From Acidobacteriota bacterium (GTDB lineage Bacteria; Acidobacteriota; UBA6911; RPQK01; JAJDTT01), in contig CBDCJH010000002.1 in NCBI GenBank assembly GCA_965217775.1, positions 2,528,001 through 2,592,000 on the forward strand: a stretch of 64,000 nt of DNA. The letters run 5' to 3'. Position 1 is the stretch's first letter; every line of letters starts with the position of its first letter. The notes under the pieces were generated by a model, which was not told where the DNA came from, ran no database searches, and worked only from the letters and a program-made list of their open reading frames with translations. Made by a program: the position numbers and the translations under genes. Shown here piece after piece: positions 48,501 to 55,500 of the stretch.

Positions 48501-49238
48501 CGCCGAGCTGACGCAGAAGGTCTCGAAATCCGGATTGGCCGCAGTCACGCAGGTCGTCCCGGTGAGGCCAGCGCTCAACCCTGCCGAATCTCCGGTGGTC
48601 GAGAGATCGTCCGGTAACGGCGGCAATCGGTCGGGAGCGGTTTCGCCTTCCCTGACCCTGGAATGGACTGGGTTGCCCCGAGCGGAGACGTAGACGCAAC
48701 CGTTGCGGACCGCCGCTCTGACCGCCTGGGCCATGAGGCCGCCCTGATAGACCGTCCCCTGATAGTCGAAAAGGTCGTCGACGATGACGTCCGCCCCCGC
48801 TCGGCAGAGCGCCTCGAGGTTGGCTGCGAACCGCGCCGGTCCGCCCAGTCCGGTCGCGAAGTAGAGGTCGCCGCCCGGAGCCAGGTCGCGGAGGATTGCG
48901 AGGGTCGCCGTTCCCTCGTCCCCTTCCCCCGCCTGGCCCGGCAACACCGTCACCCGATCCGACAGGTCGCCCGCCGCCTCACCGGTCATCAGCGTCGCCA
49001 CACCGCTTGAGAGCACGCCGATCCCGACGCCTGTGCCGTCGACACCGTGACTCCGGCGCACCGCTACGACTTGCCGGGCGGCCCACTTCCGGATTCCACC
49101 TCCAGCGGCGGCCGCCGGCTGCTCGGTTCGGATCGGCTCGATCAACAGGGAGATCGCCACCAGCGCCCCCAGCAATCCACGCCACCCACCACCGCGGGCC
49201 CACGATGCGATTCCTGTCAGGCGGATCTTCTTCATCAT
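30501..49238 (-). CDS. G3: giant secreted multidomain protein (6245 aa): two subtilase-like domains, 3 GLUG modules, Calx-beta-like repeats, Spondin_N, cadherin, PQQ glucose/sorbosone dehydrogenase propeller, SwmB-like array, poly-Pro, Fn3, duplicated C-terminal domain
   Basis: Uninterrupted 18.7-kb ORF with a basic/hydrophobic N-terminus. Motifs are listed in the sub-features. Colinear with G2 except for about 36700-41000. Confidence 0.95.
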   Translation of the reverse strand: MMKKIRLTGIASWARGGGWRGLLGALVAISLLIEPIRTEQPAAAAGGGIRKWAARQVVAVRRSHGVDGTGVGIGVLSSGVATLMTGEAAGDLSDRVTVLPGQAGEGDEGTATLAILRDLAPGGDLYFATGLGGPARFAANLEALCRAGADVIVDDLFDYQGTVYQGGLMAQAVRAAVRNGCVYVSARGNPVHSRVREGETAPDRLPPLPDDLSTTGDSAGLSAGLTGTTCVTAANPDFETFCVSSAPPPQVAAMVALTLEAAGGAHNTSLEELRAAVKDGRLGVAPTIADSLSVDDGAIEDGSENAADLDRAGLPDQAGQGVLGVQPALVDGEAAQTVRDPGSNETIAFTEQAVTNRTGEETKPAGGRLPAKAVRQIRSLLSAKVRRTPAQRKVSSELLEAREKTRREPPAAGIGRLQETDPQTADDRMMVDIRAEVTPAVLARIRKLGGTVINSVPKYEAIRAKLPLRAVEMLAGLDAIRTIRPADEARTRGQAATLLPASRTRTADAPITKKDNTSQGDVAHRANSARRTHNVDGTGIGIGVISNGVRSLADRQASDDLPARVTVLPGQGGRGDEGTALLEIVHDLAPGAELYFATGFGGEARMAENIEALCEAGANVIVDDIGYLTEPVFQDGIVSKGVNAAVADGCFFFSAGGNDGNLTYGTTGVWEGDYAAGSTLVVDGETLGVRHDFGDGVEANEVSGSGFGGVSAIVLQWADPLGASANDYDLFLVNEDGDVIASSTDTQDGTQDPIESIQSFFDYSGHSVVVVKASGSDRYLRVHAFDGGLEIRTAGNLYGHAAAENAVVVAMVDVGTAAGTGSVFNGTESVRANNSDGPRRIFFEPDGTAITAGNFSSTGGELLQKPDLTAATCVSTATPGFSTFCGTSSAAPHAAAIAALMLEAAGGPNQVTFAQLRTEMTTGAAVLDIEAAGVDRDSGAGIVMAPGAVDAVDVAEADRNGAPTVENAESDRTFAPGDAAVDIDLEDVFDDPDDDTLTYEAISSDPDRLSITRSNAQVTITAGSPGRVRVSLRAIDPDGMSVTDSFSVTVTAGNRDYDADNNGFIDVANLAQLDALRYDLNGDGQVDGAIWRPYYTAYPMGALGMGCPSDDGCTGYELTEDLDFDTDDDGDVDSDDDYWNGGDGWEPIGEADTPFTADFKGNRHTVSNLFIDRDTEDEVGLFGTGDSSRISGVTLAGADVTGRHAVGSLRGNSVYGTVIDNHATGQVSGQDEVGGLVGRTWGTVWYSSAAVNVSGNDAVGGLVGHQTLNATVASYATGNVEGMDAVGGLVGAVSDVTQFIEASYATGNVSGRGARLTDSDSGFIICDLVGALTLSGPAETTTSTGGGVGGLVGSSCSHVQASYATGAVSGTTAVGGLVGSGRFAKPQSSYWNLETSGVRVGVGEDDANDDGVIDGTERLRLGVGGKTTAELQTPTDYTGIYEAWNVELGDPFFDDGEPDDPWDFGTATQYPVLSLDLNDDNRATWQEVGYQVRTSLTLRATTTANQAQVVLSWNAISTSSWSPAPDVSYTLYRDDGATIEAIGTNLTGLTHTDTGVTIGDPYTYWVAAVVGGGEAARSAPVSVIAGGANQPPVSVGIIADQQLTVGSMAVEVDVAAAFQDPDSDTLTYGATSSLTSVATLSRSGSMVTITPVAAGRTIITVTATDAGGSNMSASQRFRVTVGHDYDTDGDGLIGISNLAQLDAMRHDLDGNGYAGTVAAYAAAFPSALDRFGCGVNGCSGYELLADLDFDTDGDGAVDSDDDYWNDGNGWVPIGWDSTYEYALFFNATFDGNGHTLSNLFTAGRAYSGLFGRIGLDGVVGNLTLSDVNVTGTEAAGALVGENQGLLIGIQSSGQVSGELHVGGLVGLNLKLVYLSRSSAAVTGKRPPRPPGTGLVLTFGPLAATGGLVGYNTGFVISSFATGPVTSDSSAGGLVGYHQSKLISGSYATGPVSGSPAGGLVGTIATPRAEATIRASYATGSVDGGTAGGLVGRVYDEGIITASYATGRVAGSRTGGLVGRNERGTVTNSYWDTRTSGQGSGSPGSGRTTAQLQSPRSYSGIYGSWNVDIDEDKINDNPWDFGTSSEYPALKADMNGDDDATWEEFGYQLRSGPTLTATPTTSAGQSQVELEWTEVPLSSAWSPAPGVSYAVTREDDEDLETIAENLTVLDYTDTDVAGETYIYQVVAVVDGGEPVRSATGSVTVAGNKRPVAVGRLRWRVLLVGDSAMTEVGGAFKDPEGDTITYAVSSSDTSVARVTLSGTRVTIIPVAEGRTLITVTATDDGSNRSRTQRFWVSVRPTTAVDYDTDDDGLIEIGNLAQLDAVRLDLTGDGFSYATAYFEAFTDGGGGSLACGGLLGCVGYELNADLDFDTDGSGEADAGDAYWNDGAGWLPIGDSSDSFSSFAAIFEGNGRTITNLFIDSSENDIGLFGATRSGAVSSAVIRNLELVSVQLTGTDNVGGLVGSNGGAVSGCFATGKVSGDDDVGGLVGANLDDGSVSASFSTVQVTGDDRVGGLAGSNSGNLTAAYATGRVVGDFEAGGLIGRNSGDVNVSYATGLVSGRSAIGGLIGWNASGGGVTDSYWDSDTSGRTTGFSGQAKTTAELQLPTAASGIYSAWNLDLDGDGMNDDPWVFGTSSQYPALSVDTNGVGGATWQEFGRQVRAGPNLMATPTVGQVTLTWSAISGGTYNLYRTAGTTVEILSENTSNRTYVDTDVTAGATYVYQVAAVVNGGEGSRSPRVSVEVPMPGVLPTVTLELSPASISENGGSAMVTAKLSHTSSETTTVTVSATANSPALMGDFALSANRTLTIAAGQANSTGMVTIRANNNNLHAPDKTVRVSGSASNSQGVTGPADVTLTIVDDDTPTVMLELSQTSISENRGSTTVTARLSNPSGETTTVSVSATAVAPAVSRDFTLTSNQTLMITAGQTTSTGTVTITANDNDVDTPDKTVRVMGMAGNSLGVMGPAEVTLTLTDDDPAPKVTLRLSRTSITENRGSTTVTARLDRASSETTTVAVSVTPVNPAVEGDFTLSTNQALTITAGRTGSTGTVAITANNNDVEGPDKTVRVSGDAANSQGVTDPSDLTLTIEDDDEALPNMWLNPAASDPTVSVASTATYSVTFRGTWTSSVSSGGVPSGAHFTTLIGGVHDAGVTFLREGGMASQGVESMAELGGTRILANEVRAAEPNALAVLQGSDGNILPTSSSTIGTVSLTTEHPRVTLLTMVAPSPDWFVGVSGLSLLDAQGRWVRSRALNLYPWDAGTEEGTEFSLSNADTSPRGTITSLRGRVKFSNAPIATLTFTRQSVNTAPSFTSNASFTVDENRTEVATLVAVDRDSGDGVTYTVSGGADASWFEIGETTGELTFATPPNYERAADLASMDPPNGAGNNEYVVTVTATGGRDDRALTAEQTVTVAVRNLEEDGTVSFSKPGAGIEAKLSDPDGGVSGASWQWARSSDRSRGWVNIDGATSDSYRPTGADEEMYLRATVSYSDRQGSGKRARGVSSYEITPPKLLVSTLVSGLSIPWDLAFTPDGTMLFTQRRGVLSSRLVDGTVQTVNADFGDLFSTGENGLMGIAVDPDFTSNRRFYTCQGHTGLEIQVIAWTIDAAYTTATRTDDPLVGGMPAGSSRHGGCRLRFGPDGYLWIATGDAVTGTVPQDLNSLGGKVLRVDPSTGAGAPVNPFAPSRVYTYGHRNVQGLALRPGTSQMWSVEHGPSVDDEINLLAAGRNYGWDPVPGYDESVSMTDLVKFPGAVEAKWSSGFPTLATSGGIFLEGDQWGVWEGRLAVATLKDTKLRLFEFTSDGSYVSQVVVPELEDAFGRLRTPMLGPDGALYVTTSNGRGTDRILKIVKDEAVLVTLNLTPDSITENGGVSTVTASLERASNAVTTVTVSAVTVAPAVAGDFRLSANRTLTIKAGETSSTGEVTVGAVDNKVDAPNKMVTVSATAENINGLTPPSALTLTIVDDDAAPVITTTSPILVPENQTAVVRLTAADADGPVEDLEWKIAGGADRNRFTVTADGELAFKTAKDYERPDDANRDRDYEVRVQVTDGFNPVEADFIVRLQDVDDTAPVFSSAVVNGATLTLAYSEELDRFSVPPAGAFTVTGGNRTRTVTGVRVSGSAVELTLDPPAEHGETSLRVSYTVPTGTGESPIRDTAGNDADRLSNQSVANNTGDTTGPVVETVRITSNADSDGTYAVGDLIGVTVTFDETVVVTGTPRLTLNLGGGSRTAGYQSVTGAAVKFEYEVARGDRDRDGVSIDADSLSRGGGRIRDGAGNDAQLDHAAVAADSRHQVDGVPPMLATTDGAVANGTTLTLAYSEPLNSSSRPAASAFTVTGGNETRTVTRVQVSGSEVLLRLNPAVTDGESGLRLSYQPGGNPIEDTVGNAADGLNNQPVTNNTGDTTGPTVETVRITSNAGSDATYAAGETIEVTVTFSETVVVTGTPRLMLNLGGRSRTANYQDVTGAAVRFEYQVVSGDSAAYGVSIDANRLSGGTIRDGARNNAVRNHAPVAADSRHQVDGVKPTLATTDGAVASGMTLTLAYGEPLDSSSVPVTDDFTVTGGSETRTVSGVRVSGSAVFLTLSSAVTDGERGLRVSYEPGSDPIQDTVGNDADRLSSKSVTNRTGDTTGPAVSTVRITSSAGSDRTYGVDETIEVTVTFDETVVVTGTPQLTLNLGGRSRTANFRSVMSQAVKFAYRVVPGDNDRDGVSIEANRLSRGTGTIRDGAQNDAVLEHAAVVADSRHQVDGVKPTLATSDGAVVNGTMLTLAYSEPLNSSSRPAASAFTVTGGSEARTVTRVQVSGSAVLLTLSPTVQDTESGLRLSYQPGGNPIEDPVGNAADELNDQPVTNHTGDTTGPTVETVRITSNAGSDRTYAAGETIEVTVTFSETVVVTGTPRLTLNLGGRSRTANYQDLTGAAVRFEYQAVSGDSAAYGVSIDANRLSGGTIRDGARNNAVLSHAPVAADSRHQVDGVKPTLATTDGAVVNGTTLTLAYGEPLDSSSVPATDDFTVTGGSETRTVTGVRVSGNAVFLTLSSAVADGESRLRVNYEPRSNPIQDTAGNDADQLSNKIVTNETGDTKGPTVSNVAITSIAGPDRTYGVDETIEVTVTFEETVVITGTPEVTLDVGGRSRTAEYRSVSNRAVKFAYRVVTGDNDEDGVSLEANRLSRAGGTIQDGAGNNAVLDHEAVAASSSHKVDAVAPLLALTDPAVVNGATLTLTYNEPLNTSSRPATSDFTVEGGNETRTVTRFRVSGSEVRLTVNPAAEHGETGIRVTYEPRSNPIQDRVGNDAEAFRDQFVDNRTPDTTAPSIEGIEISSDPGTDATYAVDDMISVTVRYDEPVTVDTVRGTPTLDLLVGTRRKRASASLGSDRPAVVFVYTVEKGDEDEDGVSVPRGSIALNGGKILDLADNPAARSYEAVEAQAGHKVDASVPGLEGVTVHGLRVALTYDEALDEGSTPSRFDFAVTVAGDDRTVVQVRVSGNSVILRLNSPVTAGETVMVSYTPGFNPIQDEVGNGVETLTNEPAEPPLVTIGAKEGSETVTEGETVEFTLTRGPPTEAPLTVNLEVTETRSMIETSGGYEPPEEVEFRTGQETATLEVLTDNDDVAESASRVTARLRPGAEYRLGPTSTQNARVTVQDNEVSAPPPPPPPPPPPPPPPPPPPPPPPPPPPPPPPPPPAATAPTAPLNLQAEAGDGEVTLTWDVPASDGRSALTGYQIRIDRAGEWTSIGSADLAYTVTGLTNGRTYVFEVRAVNSVGPSPPSSPVEATPMAEEVILEFAHFGNGVSGNDVLITSDLVLVNVAESEIRPVIYFFDREGDLFEAESVVDVGEDLEIREDGGLSPRTEMASLGELTISTHGRGEVVTGSVRVVSDGPVGGVVRFDIPGIGVAGVGASEPTADALFPARRQAGGIRTAAAIHNLGPEAVKVQCRLLKNGSVLEEGEIELSANGQDAQFIEELFTETDTTDFVGSVRCTVPAGESFTGVAVELDAGNRIFTTLPVVPVDPDGGEEEETTLTFAHFANGTSADGTLITSDLVLVNVAASTARPAIYFYDQGGELLEPESMVEVEDHLLIREDGGLTLRTALARLGELTISTHGRGDVVTGSVRVVSNGPIGGVLRFDIPGVGVAGVGASQPTVDALFPARRQAGGIRTAAAIRNLASQRATVRCQLMSGGEALEEVDIRLNAHGQHARFIEEVFTRTDTRDFVGSVRCTALGEGLFTGVAVELDTGNRIFTTLPVVPIQR
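32205..32306 (-). repeat. Poly-proline tract, 34 Pro codons (G3)
   Basis: 102 nt of CCN codons. Confidence 0.95.
32660..37050 (-). repeat. Intragenic array of 6 Ig-like + SwmB-like units plus one lone SwmB-like domain (G3)
   Basis: Repeat motifs in the translated ORF. Confidence 0.85.
37701..38711 (-). other. PQQ-dependent glucose/sorbosone dehydrogenase (GSDH) beta-propeller domain within G3
   Basis: GLSIPWDLAFTPDG, GLMGIAVDPDF, RHGGCRLRFGPDGYLWIATGD, QDLNSLGGKVLR, YGHRNVQG, EHGP..DDEIN, NYGW and GRLR...GPDGALYVTTSN match the soluble aldose dehydrogenase pattern. Confidence 0.9.
39333..39899 (-). other. Spondin_N (F-spondin/mindin-like) domain within G3
   Basis: ATYSVTF.G.W, AHFTTLIGGVH, AS.GVE.MAE.G, MVAPSPDWFVGV and LYPWDAGTE.G..F are Spondin_N signature motifs. 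Confidence 0.9.
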
Positions 49239-49271
49239 CTTCCGGGGGTCGGGGACAGGTGAGGATCGCGG

Positions 49272-49350
49272 CGTAGGGGCACCCCTTGTGGGTGCCCGCT
49301 GTCGCCCCTACGAGCCCGGGGAGGGCGACCACACAAGGGTCGCCCCTACG
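49272..49350. repeat. Inverted pair of GTAG-type REPs (REPIN-like) with an internal REP fragment, in the G3 leader
   Basis: cGTAG-GGGCACCC-CTTGT-GGGTGCCC (49272-49297), fragment GTCGCCCCTACG (49301-49312), and inverted GGGCGACC-ACACAAG-GGTCGCCC-CTACg (49323-49350). Confidence 0.8.
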
Positions 49351-49396
49351 GGTGTGCGAGCGTCCGCTGCTCCATCCTCTATCCGTCCACGTGTCG

Positions 49397-49482
49397 ATTT
49401 TAAGGAGCAACCCGGACAAATTTGGAGCTAATCCGTGAAATTAGGATGATATTTTGGTCTGTATAGTGGTTCTTCAGTGAAA
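49397..49482 (-). promoter_or_regulatory. Conserved promoter module 3
   Basis: -10 TAAAAT at 49402-49397. Repeats GTGAAA 49435, ATGATA 49446, degenerate GTGGTT 49466, GTGAAA 49477. Confidence 0.72.
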
Positions 49483-49560
49483 TGTTCCACCCGGACCGCC
49501 CTCAGCGGGGGCAACCGAGGGATTCAGGGAGGGAATCGTCTTCCGACGACTCTCGGCGGA

Positions 49561-52500
49561 TCATCTTTGAATCGGCACCACCGGCAGCGTGGTGAAGATC
49601 CGGTTGCCGGTGTCCAGCTCCACCGCGACTCCCGTGAACAGGCCTTCCCCGAGAGCCGTGCATCTCACCGATCCGACGAAGTCTCTGGTATCCGTCCGGG
49701 TGAAGACCTCTTCGATGAAACGGGCTTGCTGTCCGTGGGCGTTGAGACGGATGTCCGCCTCTTCCAGGGGCTCGCCCCCGCTCATTAACCGGCACCGCAC
49801 CGTTGCGCGCTGCGCCGCCAAGTTGCGGATCGCCGCTGCGGTGCGGATCCCGCCTGCCTGCCGCCGCGCCGGGAACAGCGCGTCCGACGTGGGTTGACTC
49901 GCGCCCACGCCGGCCACGCCGACGCCGGGAATGTCGAAGCGCAGGACGCCGCCGATGGGCCCGTTCGCCACCACCCGCACCGATCCGGTGACCACGTCTC
50001 CGCGGCCGTGAGTCGAGATCGTCAACTCGCCCAGACGGGCCATGGCGGTTCGCAGGGTCAGACCTCCGTCCTCTCGGACGAGAAGATGGTCTTCGACCTC
50101 CACCATCGATTCCGGCTCCAGCAGTTCGCCGCCGTGATCGTAAAAGTAGATGGCGGGACGGGCCGTTGACGCCGCCACGTTCACCAGCACCAGGTCGGAG
50201 GTGATCAAGGTCCCGTCGCCGGAGGTTCCATTGGCGAAATGGGCGAGGTTGAGGGTCGTTTCCTGGTCTTCGATAGCCTCCGGGCCGATCGGCACCACCG
50301 GGAGGGTGGTGAAGATCCGGTTGCCCGCATCCAGCTCCACCGCCACTCCCGAGAACGACTCACCGGCCGGGACCGTACAACGCACCGACCCCACGAAGTC
50401 CGTGGTGTCGGTCGCGGTGAACAGTTCCTCGATGAACTGGGCGGCCTGGCCGTTGGCGCTCAACGGGATCTCCCCCTCTTCCAGCACCCTGCCGTCCTTC
50501 ATCAACCGGCACTGCACGTCGACGGCCTCCAATCCCAGGTTGTGGATGGCCGCCGCGGTGCGGATCCCTCCGGCCTGCCGCCGGGCCGGGAACAGGGCGT
50601 CCGCCGTGGGTTCGCTGGCGCCCACGCCGGCGACGCCGATTCCGGGGATGTCGAAGCGGACTACGCCTCCGATGGGGCCGTCCGACACGACTCGGACCGA
50701 TCCCGTCACCACTACGCCCCGGCCGTGCGTCGAGATCGTCAGCTCGCCCAGCGATGCGATCTCCTTCCGGGGCGACAGCCCACCGTCCTCCCGGATCTCC
50801 AGATCCTCCCCGACATCTACCACGGACTCGGCTTCAAACAGATCTCCCGCCCGGTCGAAGAAGTAGATGACGGGACGAATCTCTGACTCGGCTACGTTCA
50901 CCAGCACCAGGTCGGAGGTGATGAGCACGTCATTGCCCGAATAGCCGTTTCCGAAATGAGCGAACTCCAGGATCACCTCCTTGGCCATGGGCGTGGCCTC
51001 GACCGGGCTCGAGGGAGGACTTGGACCGACCGAATTCACCGCCCGCACCTCGAAGACGTAGGTCCGGCCGTTCGTCAGTCCGGTGACCGTATGGGTCCGG
51101 TCCGTGGAACCGATGGAGATCCAGTCCCCGGCCCGGTCGATCCGGACCTCGTAGTCCATGATGGCGGCGCGGCCGTCGCTCTCGGGGGCCTCCCAGAAGA
51201 GCGTCATTTCACCGTCCCCGCCTTCTGCCTGCAGGTTCAACGGCGCCGTGGGTACCGTCGCAGCCGGAGGCGGAGGAGGTGGTGGCGGCGGCGGTGGCGG
51301 TGGAGGTGGCGGCGGCGGTGGCGGTGGAGGTGGCGGCGGCGGTGGGGGAGGAGGGGGAGGAGGTGGTGGTGGGGGCGGGGCCGAGACTTCGTTGTCCTGG
51401 ACCGTCACGCGGGCGCTCCGGGTCGAGGTCGGTCCCAGCCGGTACTCGTCTTCCGGCTGTAGCCTGGCGGTGACCCGGCTGGTGGATTCGGCGACATCGT
51501 CATCGTCGGTCAACACTTCCAGCGTCGCCGTCTCCTGTCCGGACCGGAACTCCACCTCCTCCGGCGGTTCGTACCCGCCCGAGGTCTCGATCATCGATCT
51601 CGTCTCCGTGACCTCCAGGCTCACCGTCAGCGTGGCCTCCGTCGGCGGCCCCCGCGTCAGGGTGAACACCACGGTGTCGCCTTCCGTCACCGTTTCGGAT
51701 CCCTGCTTGGCTTGGATCGTGACCAGGGGCGGGTCCACCCGGTGATCGATCAACCCCTCCACGGCGTTACCCGCCTCGTCCTGGATCGGGTTGAACCCTG
51801 GCGTATAGCTCACCATCACGGGTTCGCCCGCCGTCACCTCTGAGGTCAGCGTCAAGATGACGCTGTTTCCGCTCACCCGAACTTGGACCACCGTTCGATC
51901 ATCCCCGGCCACCGTCACCGCGAAATCGAACCGCGATGGCGTCGAGCCCTCATCCAGCGCCTCGTCGTAGGTCAGCGCCACCCGCGAGCCATGCACCGTG
52001 ACGCCCTCCAGTTCCGGCACGCTCGCATCCACCTTGTGGCCCGCCTGAGCCTCAACCGCCTCATAGCTCCGCGCCGCCGTGTTGTCCGCCAGATCCAGGA
52101 TCTTTCCCCCGTTCAGAGAGATGCTCCCGCGCGGGACGCTCACTCCGTCCTCGTCCTCGTCTCCCTTCTCCACCGTATAGACGAACACCACCGCCGGCCG
52201 GTCCGGCCCCGCACTGGCGGCGGCCCGCTTCCGCCGGGTCCCCACCAGCAGATCCAACGTCGGCGTTCCGCGAATGGTGTCCACCGTCACCGTCTCGTCG
52301 TACCGCACCGTCACCGAGATCATGTCGTCGACCGCGTAGGTCTCGTCCGTCCCCGGGTCCGAGCTGATCTGGATCCCTTCGATCGACGGCGCCGTCGTGT
52401 CCGGCGTCCGGTTGTCCACGAACTCGTCCCTGAACGCTTCGGCATCGTTGCCGATCGCATCCTGGATCGGATTCGATCGCGGCTCGTAGCTCACCCGGAT

Positions 52501-55500
52501 CCCCGTCTCTCCGTGCTCCGCCGCTGGATTCACCGTCAGCCGAACCTCACTCCCGGTCACCTGAACCCGAGTCACGGTGCGCGTCTCGTTGCCTCCCTCC
52601 ACGGTGAAGTCACTCGTCAACGGTCGTAAGGAGGTATTCAGGGGTTCGTTGTAGGTCAACGTCAGCGTCGCGCCGTTGACCACCGCCGGATCGGTCAGCG
52701 CCAGGACCGGGGCCACCGCGTCCACCTTGTGGCTTGAACTGGCCGCCACGGCCATATGGTCCAGCACGGCGTCATTGCCCGCCCCGTCGCGGATCGTCCC
52801 GCCGGCTCGCGACAGCCGGTTCGCCTCAAGGCTCACTCCATCCTCGTCGTTGTCATCCGTGACCACCCGGTAGGCGAACTTCACCGCTTGGTTCGAGACG
52901 CTCCTGTATTCCGCCGTTCGGCTTCGGCCGCCCACGTCCAGGGTCACTTCCGGCGTTCCGGTGATCACCACCGTCTCGTCGAACGTCACCGTCACCTCGA
53001 TGGTCTCGTCCACGCCGTAGGTCCGGTCCGACCCCGCACTCGAGGTGATCCGAACCGTCGACACGGCCGGTCCCATCGTGTCTGCCGTCCGGTTCGTGAC
53101 GCTCCTGTTGCTCAACCGGTCCGCGTCGTTCCCTGCGGTGTCCTGGACCGGATTCGATCCCGGCTCATAGTTCACCCGGAGGCGGCTCTCTCCCTCCGCG
53201 ACGGCCGAGCTCAGCGTCAGGAACACCGCGCTTCCGCTGACCCGGACTCCGGTGACCGTCCGCGTCTCACTCCCTCCCGTCACGGTGAAGTCGTCCGTCG
53301 CCGGCACCGAAGAGGAATCCAACGGCTCGCCGTAGGCCAGCGTCAGCGTTGTGCCTTTGGCCACCGCTCCATCGCTGGTCGCCAATGTGGGCTTGACGCC
53401 ATCCACCTGGTGCCGGGAATTGGCCACTACCGGCGCGTGGTTCAGCCCGGCGTTGTTCCGGGCGCCGTCCCGGATCGTGCCGCCGGACAGGCGGTTCGCC
53501 TCGATACTCACCCCGTAGGCGGCGCTGTCGCCCGAGACCACCTGGTATTCGAACCTCACGGCGGCCCCCGTGACGTCCTGGTAGTTGGCCGTCCGGTTCC
53601 GGCCGCCCAGGTTCAGCGTCAACTGCGGCGTTCCCGTCACCACCACCGTTTCGTTGAAGGTCACCGTCACTTCAATGGTCTCGCCGGCTGCGTAGGTTGA
53701 ATCCGATCCCGCATTCGAGGTGATCCTCACCGTCTCCACGGCCGGCCCCGTGGTGTCCCCCGTGTGGTTCGTGACCGGTTCGTTGTTCAACCCGTCTGCG
53801 GCGTTGCCCACCGTGTCCTCGATGGGGTTCGTCCCCGCCTGGTAGCTCAACCGGAGGCCGCTCTCTGCGTCCGTCACGGCCGGGTTCAACCTCAGCAGGA
53901 CCGCGCTTCCGCTCACCTGCACCCGAGTGACCGTTCGGGCCTCACTCCCCCCGGTCACGGTGAAGGCGCTCGTCGCTGGTCGAGATGACGACCTCAGCGG
54001 CTCGCTGTAAGCCAGCGTCAGCGTCGTTCCGTTCACCACCGCCCCGTCCGTACTCGCCAGCATCGGGGGCACCCCGTCCACCTGGTGCCGGGAGTCGGCC
54101 GCCACCGCCGCGTGGTCCAAAGTGGCGTCATTCCCGGCGCCGTCGCGAATCGTCCCGCCGCCTCGTGACAGGCTGTCCGCATCGATACTCACCCCGTCCC
54201 GGTCGCTGTCGCCCCGGGCGACCCTGTACTCGAACTTCACGGCCGCCCCCGTGACATTCAGGTAGTCGGCCGTTCGACTCCGGCCGCCCAGGTTCAACGT
54301 CAACCGCGGCGTCCCCGTCACCACCACCGTCTCGCCGAACGTCACCGTCACCTCGATGGGATTGTCCACTCGGTAGGTCCGATCCGAACCCGCATTCGAG
54401 GTGATCCGCACCATCTCGACCGTCGGCCCCGCCGTGTCTCCCGTCCGGTTCGTGACGCTCTGGTTGCTCAACCGGTCCGCGTCGTTGCCGGCCGTGTCCC
54501 GGATCGGATTCGATCCCGGCTCATAGTTCACCCGGAGGCGGACCTCTCCGACCGCGACGGCCGAACTCAGCGTCAGGAACACCGCGCTTCCGCTCACCCG
54601 GACTCCGGTGACCGCCCGCGTCTCACTCCCTCCCGTCACGGTGAAGTCGTCCGTCGCCGGCACCGAAGCGGAATCCAATGGCTCGCCGTAGGCCAGCGTC
54701 AGCGTCGTTCCGTTCACCACCGCTCCGTCGGTCGTCGCCAGTGCGGGCTTGACCCCATCCACCCGGTGCCGGGAATCGGCCGCCACCGGCGCGTGATTCA
54801 GCACGGCGTTGTTCCGGGCGCCGTCCCGGATGGTCCCACCGGACAGGCGGTTCGCATCGAGGCTCACGCCGTAAGCAGCACTGTCGCCCGAAACCACCTG
54901 GTATTCGAACCTCACGGCGGCCCCCGTGACGTCCTGGTAGTTGGCCGTCCGGTTCCGGCCGCCCAGGTTCAACGTCAACCGCGGCGTCCCCGTCACCACC
55001 ACCGTCTCGCTGAACGTCACCGTCACTTCGATGGTCTCGCCGGCCGCGTAGGTTGAATCCGATCCTGCGTTCGAGGTGATCCTCACCGTCTCCACGGTCG
55101 GCCCCCTGGTGTCCCCCGTGTGGTTCGTGACCGGTCGGTTGTTCAGCTCGTCCGCGGCGTTCCCCACCGTGTCCTCGATCGGGTTCCCGCCCGGCTGGTA
55201 GCTCAACCGGAGGCCGCTCTCCCCGTCCGTTACGGCCGGGTTCAACGTCAGCAGGACCGCGTTTCCGCTCACCTGGACCCGGGTGACCGTCCGCGTCTCA
55301 CTGCCCCCGGTCACGGTGAAGGCGCTCGCCGCCGGCCGCGAGGAGGAGTTCAGCGGCTCGCTGTAGGCCAGCGTCAGCGTCGTTCCGTTCACCACTGCCC
55401 CGTCCGTACTCGCCAGCATCGGGGGCACCCCGTCCACCTGGTGCCGCGAGTCGGCCGCCACTGCCGCGTGGTCGAGCTGCGCGTTATTCCGGGCGCCGTC

